Source of the DNA: Octopus sinensis
Lineage: Eukaryota
NCBI RefSeq assembly: GCF_006345805.1
Contig: NW_021829457.1
Location: 1-6,012 of the forward strand
DNA length: 6,012 nucleotides
Direction: 5' to 3'
The notes under the pieces are model-generated. The model was not told the origin of the DNA and searched no databases. It saw only the letters and a list, made by a program, of their open reading frames with translations. Position 1 is the first letter of the stretch. The number at the start of each line of letters is the position of its first letter. Both the position numbers and the translations under genes were made by a program. This document shows positions 1 through 5,794 of this stretch, in pieces.

Positions 1-298
1 ACGTTATGTAAACCACTTTAGACGCGAAGAAAGCTTTCACTAGAATGAAACGGCTTCAAAGCCGCGAATCAACATATTTTTGTAGTGTTAAATATTTATC
101 TTTAATATATAACAACCAAAATATTTTCATCAAATGTTTTCAAGTAGGTTAACTCTCACAACAATACAACGGAGCTTATTTACTTTTCAAGAACGTTTTC
201 TGTGATTTTGCTCAAAAGAAATGAACAGAAAATTGACCACGTTTATTAAAATCGTTGATCACTTTCGGCCATGAAGCAACTATTATATTTAACTTCTT

Positions 299-521
299 TA
301 AGGCGGCGAGCTGGCAGAAACGTTAGCACCCCGGGCGAAATGCTTAGCGGTATTTCGTCTGACGCTATGTTCTGAGTTCAAATTCCGCCGAGGTAGACTT
401 TCGGGGTCGATAAATAAAGTACCAGTTTCGCACTGGGGGTCGATGTAATCGACTTAATCCCTTTGTTTGTCCTTGTTTGTTACCTCTATGTTTAGCCCCT
501 TGTGGTTAGTAAAGAAATAGG
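299..521 (+). mobile_element. tRNA-derived SINE, family A (MetaSINE-like central domain), near full length with 13-bp TSD
   Basis: A-box-like TGGCAGAAACGTTAG from 312 and B box GTTCAAATTCC at 376-386. Central module CGGGGTCGATAAATAAAGTACCAG...CTGGGGGTCGATGTAATCGAC, then an A-rich end. Flanked by the exact direct repeat TATTTAACTTCTT at 286-298 and 522-534. A diverged homolog lies on the minus strand at 1572-1658. The superfamily name is from recall. Confidence 0.88.
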
Positions 522-593
522 TATTTAACTTCTTCGTTTTCGTTCGTCTCCTCATACAAGAAAGATTGAATCTATCTGCAGTTATCTATCCTA

Positions 594-833
594 TCTTATA
601 CATCTTATACATGTTTCGGTCATTGGACTGCGGCCATGCTGGGGTACCGCTTTGGAGGGTTTAGAGACGAACAAATCGACATCAACACGTTTTAAAACCT
701 GGTACTTATTCGATATGTCATTTTTGACCAACCGCTGAGTTACGGGGACGTAAACAAATGAACACCGGTTGTCCAAGCGAGGAGGAGGCTAAAACCCTAG
801 CTCACACACACACACACAAACACAAACACTCAC
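594..833 (-). mobile_element. SINE family B, 3' half (TG microsatellite + tail), diverged
   Basis: The reverse complement reads (TG)n...CGCTTGGACAACCGGTG...TTTACGTCCCCGTAACTCAGCGGTTGG...AATAAGTACCAGG...GTCGATTTGTTCG...GCGGTACCCCAGCATGGCCGCAGTCCAATGACCGAAAC. This is colinear with the plus-strand tails at 2270-2395 and 5195-5376. Confidence 0.85.
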
Positions 834-1031
834 GTATTAAATATTAGCGACACAAGAAGTATTCGTCCTAAATGGCAATCCTTATACCCAACTTAACGTG
901 GATATACTTTAAGAATGCCATAATACAAGGGTATTCAACGGGAGAAGTCCCCCACATATAGACGTATAGTGCTAAAAGCATAGAGGAAACAGTAGCAGGC
1001 GTAAAATGGCTCCCACCCGCGGTGGAAATGT

Positions 1032-1071
1032 TATCTATGTATGTATGTATGTATGTATGTATGTATGTATG

Positions 1072-1120
<49 letters not shown>

Positions 1121-1200
1121 GTTATCTATCTATCTGTATGTATCTATCTATCTGTTTATCTATCTATCTATATACTGTCTGTCTGTCTGACTATCTATCC
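1032..1200 (+). repeat. Compound tetranucleotide microsatellite (TATG)9(TATC)12 followed by degenerate TATC/TGTC units
   Basis: Read directly: TATG x9 at 1036-1071, TATC x12 at 1072-1119, degenerate units to about 1200. Confidence 0.95.
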
Positions 1201-1208
1201 ATCAGGCT

Positions 1209-1215
1209 AGATAGT

Positions 1216-1253
<38 letters not shown>

Positions 1254-1294
1254 CATAGATACATACATACATACATACATACATACATACATAC

Positions 1295-1385
<91 letters not shown>
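1209..1385 (-). repeat. Compound microsatellite (GATA)9 CATA GATA (CATA)9 (GATA)22; internal satellite of the adjacent minus-strand SINE head
   Basis: GATA x9 at 1218-1253, CATA x9 at 1262-1297, GATA x22 at 1298-1385. It abuts the 3' end of the minus-strand family B head. Confidence 0.95.
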
Positions 1386-1529
1386 CAAAGGTTTTTTTTT
1401 TCAGTTTCCGTTTATTAAACCCACTCGCTAGTATAGTATAAGACACCTGTCCAAGGTGCTGCACAGTGGGACTGAACTCGGGATTATACGGTTGCAAAGC
1501 GGGCTTCTTAACTACACAACCATACTGCA
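1386..1529 (-). mobile_element. SINE family B, tRNA-related head, diverged
   Basis: The reverse complement reads GCAGTATGGTTGTGTAGTTAAGAAG...GAGTTCAGTCCCACTGTGCAGCACCTTGGACAGGTGTCTTATACTATA...GAGTGGGTTTAATAAACGGAAACTGAAA. It matches the head at 1890-2051 with a small internal deletion. Confidence 0.85.
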
Positions 1530-1571
1530 AAGTATCTCACCCGGCCCTCTTGAAAGTCCACCAATCAAACA

Positions 1572-1658
1572 GAAAAGATGAACGGCAAAGTCGACCTCAG
1601 AATGCAGAGAACGAGAACTGTATGTAACTCTCTAACCACTTTCATAACTCACCGTCTT
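1572..1658 (-). mobile_element. SINE family A, old 5' fragment lacking the B box
   Basis: The reverse complement AAGACGGTGAGT...GTTAGAG...CATTCTGAGGTCGACTTTGCCGTTCATCTTTTC aligns with AAGGCGGCGAGC...GTTAGCA...GTTCTGAG[TTCAAATTCCGCCGAG]GTAGACTTT in the 299-521 copy. Confidence 0.65.
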
Positions 1659-1660
1659 CA

Positions 1661-1889
1661 GCCAAGTTCATGGAACTGGTGATGTTCCAAGAGGAAAATA
1701 ACTTGCCAAATGATAAACCATCATGGCGTCCGTTCAGAGATGACAGCTGCAGTAATATGGCGGCAAGCTGATAACGTAGCTTCTCAACCAATCAAATGTA
1801 AAAATGGCTTGACTTGGACTTTATAAACGATTTTGACAAAGTTGGTCATTAAATGATGTGCCATAATTTTCCTGTCCTCAGCATAGAAA
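1661..1889 (+). pseudogene. Degenerate non-LTR retrotransposon (CR1/L2/Jockey-group LINE) reverse transcriptase fragment
   Basis: Manual translation across frameshifts gives AKFMELVMFQEENNLPND/HHGVRS...LLNQSNVKMA/(Y)LDFINDFDKVGH*MMCHNFPVLSIE, with LDFINDFDKVGH at 1814-1849. This follows the order of LINE RT motifs K.ME...ENNLL...QHGFR..RSC...VD.IYLDF.KAFDKVDH..L..KL...GI. Stops and frameshifts show it is inactive. Confidence 0.78.
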
Positions 1890-2109
1890 GGCGCAGGAGT
1901 GGCTGTGTGGTAAGTAGCTTGCTTACCAACCACATGGTTCCGGGTTCAGTCCCACTGCGTGGCACCTTGGGCAAGTGTCTTCTACTATAGCCTCGGGCCG
2001 ACCAAAGCCTTGTGAGTGGATATGGTAGACGGAAACTGAAAGAAGCCCGTCATATATATGTATATAATAATATATATATTATTATATATATATATATATA
2101 TAGATATTA

Positions 2110-2157
<48 letters not shown>

Positions 2158-2398
2158 TATGTATGTATGTATGTATGTATGTATGTATGTTGTATGCATT
2201 CATGCATGTATGTATGTATGTATGTGTATGCGTATATGTTTTGTGTTCTGTGTTTTTGTTCCCCAAACATCGCTTGACAACCGATGCTGGTGTGTTTACT
2301 TCCCCGTCACTTAGCGGTTCGGCAAAAGAGACCGTTAGAATAAGTACTAGGCGTGCTCCAGCATGGCCGCAGTTAAATGACTGAAACAAGTAAAGGGT
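1890..2398 (+). mobile_element. SINE family B (CORE-like tRNA SINE, resembling the octopus OR-type SINEs), near full length with internal (TA)n/(TATG)n
   Basis: A box TGGCTGTGTGG at 1900-1910 and B box GGTTCAGTCCC at 1943-1953. CORE-like CACCTTGGGCAAGT, then a microsatellite at about 2052-2230. Tail ends GTGCTCCAGCATGGCCGCAGTTAAATGACTGAAACAAGTAAA. About 44 bp of tail is missing relative to the 4960 copy. Possible imperfect TSD ATAGAAAG (1883-1890) / ATACAAAG (2399-2406). Confidence 0.92.
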
Positions 2399-2802
2399 AT
2401 ACAAAGTACTAGTATGACTTCTTAAAAACTATGAATCCCTTTTTAGAGGTCAGTTTTTCAATTGCTGTTTGAAAGAGACCCTCGCTGTCTGATACTCCAT
2501 TGTTGAAACGGTTTCTCTTAAGACTCAGATTAGATGAATATTCGTCGAAGGACCTTGAATTCAATGAAGTAAATTTTGTAACACTTCTAACACTGCCAAG
2601 CAATAAAGTCCCTAAGCCCATAAGTTGTGAGGCACCTTCTGAGCTCCAAGGCCTCTCGTCTGTGAAATTTAAGAACGAAATTGCGCGGAAGGTCGGAATT
2701 CTTCATGAGTAATGGCGCTTCGGATCGCGGATATACAACAAAAAACGGCGAAAATAACCTAAGTTATACATGAGTACACTTGACAGATGACTAAATATGA
2801 AT

Positions 2803-2804
<2 letters not shown>

Positions 2805-2886
<82 letters not shown>

Positions 2887-3005
2887 ACAAACACACGCAC
2901 ACACACACACACACATACACACACACACGCACACACACACACACACAAACACACACATAGACACACGGCGAGTGAGAGACACAGAAACACACATAGACAC
3001 ACACA
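2805..3005 (+). repeat. Long imperfect (CA)n microsatellite
   Basis: About 200 bp of CA repeats with CG/TA/GA interruptions. It is the source of the HT/CV pseudo-ORFs. Confidence 0.95.
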
Positions 3006-3143
3006 TTGTTGCAATGTAATTACGTATAGAGACTTGACGTAGAAAAACAATGTCATTCGTCCTCCAAATTATATTGGTCATTCGCTGTACATGACACATC
3101 GTATTAGAACAGGGTGTGTGCATTAAAACACATAAATACAACT

Positions 3144-3210
3144 ATATACACACACGCACACACACACACGCACACACACGCACACATGCACACACACATA
3201 TGTATACATA
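3144..3210 (+). repeat. Imperfect (CA)n/(TA)n microsatellite
   Basis: Read directly, immediately upstream of a SINE head. Confidence 0.85.
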
Positions 3211-3420
3211 GGCACAGGCGTGGCTGTGTGGTAAGAAGCTTGCTTCTCCGACCGCATGGTTCCGGGTTCAGTCCCACTGCATGGCACCTTGGGCAAGTGT
3301 CCTTTACTATAGCCCTGGGCTTACCAAAGTCTTGTGAGAAGATTTGGTTGATAGAAGTTCAAAGAATGTATATGTGTGTGTGTGTGTGTCTATTATATAT
3401 GCATCTATATGTGTATATAT
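3211..3420 (+). mobile_element. SINE family B head plus TG/TA microsatellite; no sense-orientation tail
   Basis: GGCACAGGCGTGGCTGTGTGGTAAGAAGCTTGCTT...GGTTCCGGGTTCAGTCCCACTGCATGGCACCTTGGGCAAGTGTC...GATTTGGTTGA, homologous to 1890-2045. Confidence 0.9.
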
Positions 3421-3570
3421 TCTTTTATTCTTTTACTTGTTTCAGTCATTTGACTGCGGCCATGCTAGAGCACCGCCTTTAGAAGAACAAATCAACCCCC
3501 AGGATATATTCTTTGAAAGCCTAGCATTTAACCTATCAGTTCTTTTGCCGAACCGCTAAGTTTCGGGGAA
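3421..3570 (-). mobile_element. SINE family B 3' tail, inverted and 5'-truncated
   Basis: TCTTTTATTCTTTTACTTGTTTCAGTCATTTGACTGCGGCCATGCTAGAGCACCGCC...TCTTTTGCCGAACCGCTAAG is the reverse complement of the tail at about 5225-5376. Confidence 0.9.
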
Positions 3571-3579
3571 GATATATAT

Positions 3580-3648
3580 GGTGCTATTAAGTTAGACATG
3601 GCCTGGGCCAATAATGGCCGAAGCCTATCAAAGTATCAAAGTATCAAA

Positions 3649-3650
<2 letters not shown>
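3580..3650 (+). mobile_element. Extreme 3' end of a CR1/L2-type LINE or related SINE: stem-loop plus (TATCAAAG)3 tail
   Basis: GGTGCT...CATGGCC-TG-GGCCA ATAA TGGCC-GAAGC followed by three tandem 8-mers TATCAAAG at 3626-3649. The layout matches the family B tail (GGTGCT..CATGGCC..stem-loop..GAAAC..tandem 8-mer). Confidence 0.55.
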
Positions 3651-3698
<48 letters not shown>

Positions 3699-3742
3699 GA
3701 TGGGCTTCTTTACATATATATATAAGTATATATATATATATA
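3650..3742. repeat. (TA)n microsatellites containing a 14-bp minus-strand family B head remnant
   Basis: (TA)n at 3650-3697. CGATGGGCTTCTTT at 3698-3711 is the reverse complement of AAAGAAGCCCATCG, matching the head/microsatellite junction of family B. More TA repeats follow to about 3742. Confidence 0.85.
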
Positions 3743-3877
3743 CTGATGAGGGGTAATTTTCTCTGTGCTTACCTGTCCTGTTTTTCCATGTTTTTCTCTC
3801 GTTGTTTACATAATTAACTCGTTTGTCTACGTATTTCATGCTGTTTACACATGTGGTTGATCTTCTGTACCCACCCG

Positions 3878-3906
3878 TATATATATATATATATATATAT
3901 AATACA

Positions 3907-3971
<65 letters not shown>
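3878..3971. repeat. (TA)n microsatellite, the Helitron insertion site
   Basis: Read directly. TA repeats resume at 4342-4357 right after the element's CTAG. Confidence 0.92.
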
Positions 3972-3974
<3 letters not shown>

Positions 3975-4341
3975 GGCAGTTTGTCTGTGCGTTTTCTGGT
4001 GTCTGTTTTTCTCGTACCCTCACTCTGACCACGGCTTTCAACCGATTCTGATGAAACTTGACACACACATAGCCCAATGTCATATTCAAAACTAACGCAG
4101 CGAAAATTTGAAAAGTTTCCCCCAGTTCTGAAAAGAAATCGATAAATTCGACATGGGTCGAGAATCAGAAACCCAAACCACAGACCGTGTAGGGGACGCA
4201 ACTCCACCTTTTTTTTAACTCTCAAAAAATTTACCATCATTTTTTTTTTTCATTTTTTGCTATTTTTTGGCTATAACTCTCTAAAAATGCTTTATAGTTA
4301 TTTCCCTTACAAACCTGAGCAACGCCGGGCGATACTGCTAG
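3960..4341 (+). mobile_element. Non-autonomous Helitron (rolling-circle transposon)
   Basis: 3' terminus CTAG at 4338-4341 followed by T. A GC-rich hairpin CCTGAGC-AAC-GCCGGG at 4314-4329 lies 8 nt upstream. The 5' part TATATATAAA-(GTCTGT-like)-...CCGATTCTGATGAAACTTG resembles short invertebrate Helitrons. No TIR or discrete TSD. The 5' boundary is approximate because it merges into (TA)n and no 5' TC is visible. Confidence 0.75.
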
Positions 4342-4737
4342 TATATATATATATATAAAGCCATGCTGCCAATAATGATGATGGGTGTCGTACTAAACGT
4401 TGCGATAATTAACAACGTTTTGGGTTGTATATATACAAATATTTGATTTTATACCAACTGGAGATATTTGTTGAAAAATGTACCTGATGGAAATTGCTAA
4501 TGAGAGTATGGAGACGGATGTAAATAAAAATGTGGAAATAACAGGAAAAGAACAAAATGATATTCATCCCTCCCCAAATATTATACAGGTTTGATTACTT
4601 TTAATAATTAGAATATGTTGTAATCAATTCGTTATTCTATATTATGTTATTTTCTATAATAAATGTTCTGTTTAATTTCACAAATGTTGTACAAGCACAT
4701 GTATTCAAAACTACCAAAATATATTGATATATATAAA

Positions 4738-4820
4738 GGCACAAGAGTGGCTGTGTGGTAAGTAGCTTGCTTACCAACCACTGTGGATTTGGTAGACGGA
4801 AACTGAAAAGAAGCCCGTCG
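4738..4820 (+). mobile_element. SINE family B head with an internal deletion of about 81 bp (B box and CORE-like part lost)
   Basis: GGCACAAGAGTGGCTGTGTGGTAAGTAGCTTGCTTACCAACCAC-T-GTGGATTTGGTAGACGGAAACTGAAAAGAAGCCCGTCG. The segment equivalent to 1934-2015 is absent. Confidence 0.9.
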
Positions 4821-4854
4821 TATATATGTGTATGTATATATATATATATATATC

Positions 4855-4889
<35 letters not shown>

Positions 4890-4894
4890 TATAT

Positions 4895-4959
<65 letters not shown>
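4821..4959. repeat. Long (TA)n microsatellite between tandem SINE heads
   Basis: About 140 bp of nearly pure TA with a few TAA/TG/TC interruptions. Confidence 0.95.
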
Positions 4960-4961
<2 letters not shown>

Positions 4962-5376
4962 CACAGGAGTGGCTGTGTGGTAAGAACTTTGCTTACCAAC
5001 CAGATGGTTCCGGGTTCAGTCCCACTGCGTGGCATCTTGGGCAAGTGTCTTCTACTATAGCCTCTGGCCGACCAAAGCCTTGTGAGTGGATTTGGTAGAC
5101 GGAAACTGAAAAGAAGCCCGTCGTACATATATGTGTGTGTGTGTGTGTGTGTGTTGTGTGTGTGTGTTTGTGTGATTGCCCCACCCCCCAACATCTCTTG
5201 ACAACCGATGCTGGTGTGTTTACGTTCCAGTAACCCTAGCAGTTTGGCAAAAGAGACCGATAGAATACGTGCTAGGCTTACAAAGAATAAGTCCCGGGGT
5301 CGATTTGCTCGACTAAAAGCGGTGCTCCAGCATGGCCGCAGTCAAATGGCTGAAACAAGTAAAAGAGTAAAAGAGT
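4960..5376 (+). mobile_element. SINE family B, most complete copy (head + (TG)n + tail)
   Basis: A box TGGCTGTGTGG, B box GGTTCAGTCCC, CTTGGGCAAGT, and (TG)n at about 5132-5174. The tail carries a GTCGA-TTTGC-TCGAC hairpin, GCGGTGCTCCAGCATGGCCGCAGTCAAATGGCTGAAAC and terminal (GTAAAAGA)2. Confidence 0.93.
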
Positions 5377-5794
5377 ATATACACATGAGAACATGATCTT
5401 ACAAACAGGACAAATCCATTTTCTAAAGTTTTTCAAAGGACAGCAGGTTTAGTTTATGCAAAAGCTGCGCATTTACAACACATTTTATGCAAAAGCTACA
5501 AATGTATATAATAAGCAAAAGTGTGTTCACTTTTATTGTAGAAGTTCTTATAGAACAATATTTCTTGTAAAGAAATGAGGCGGCACCGACATACATCGGC
5601 CTTCTGAATTTATGAGCAAAACAACGTTAGGCACTCATTATGAGACAAAGAAGACTGTGAGATGAAGTTTCGAATACAAAAAACATCTAAAACGACTCCA
5701 TCCAGTGACGAGAGTTCCTGTCACGTGAGAGCTCGTGTCGAATAATTTTGAAAATGAATCATAAAAAGAGAAGCAATTTGTATCTCATTAATTT

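Noticed and set aside
1890-1960. tRNA gene-like A/B boxes (also at 299-390, 3211-3280 and 4960-5030)
   Set aside because: These are SINE heads. There is no convincing cloverleaf, and each continues into a SINE body.
2440-2525. Minus-strand peptide KRNRFNNGVSDSEGLFQTAIEKL, faintly like the LTR-retrotransposon RT motif RL.FG...A...FQ
   Set aside because: Too few matching residues and no neighbouring RT motifs such as Y.DD.
3743-3877. CTGATGAG hammerhead-ribozyme-like core (Penelope-type repeat remnant?)
   Set aside because: No downstream GAAA core or closing helices are visible. It may be a repeat fragment, but a ribozyme cannot be supported.
4395-4420. 8-bp inverted repeat AAACGTTG...CAACGTTT
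   Set aside because: Short and AT-rich, expected by chance, with no supporting context.
1006-5396. ORFs rich in YI, YLSI, MYVC, HT or CV repeats, and ORFs overlapping SINEs (for example 4637-5194, 1985-2404, 3845-4240, 5208-5396)
   Set aside because: They are translations of stop-free microsatellites and SINE/Helitron sequence, with no protein-like content.
5453-5497. 14-bp direct repeat TTTATGCAAAAGCT x2 with an octamer-like core
   Set aside because: Only two copies 31 bp apart, most simply a small local duplication. It is not a CRISPR array and not an exact ATGCAAAT octamer.
5720-5728. E-box GTCACGTGA, plus YY1-like ATGGC motifs near 1003 and 1755
   Set aside because: Single short motifs without promoter context, and one lies within a LINE relic.
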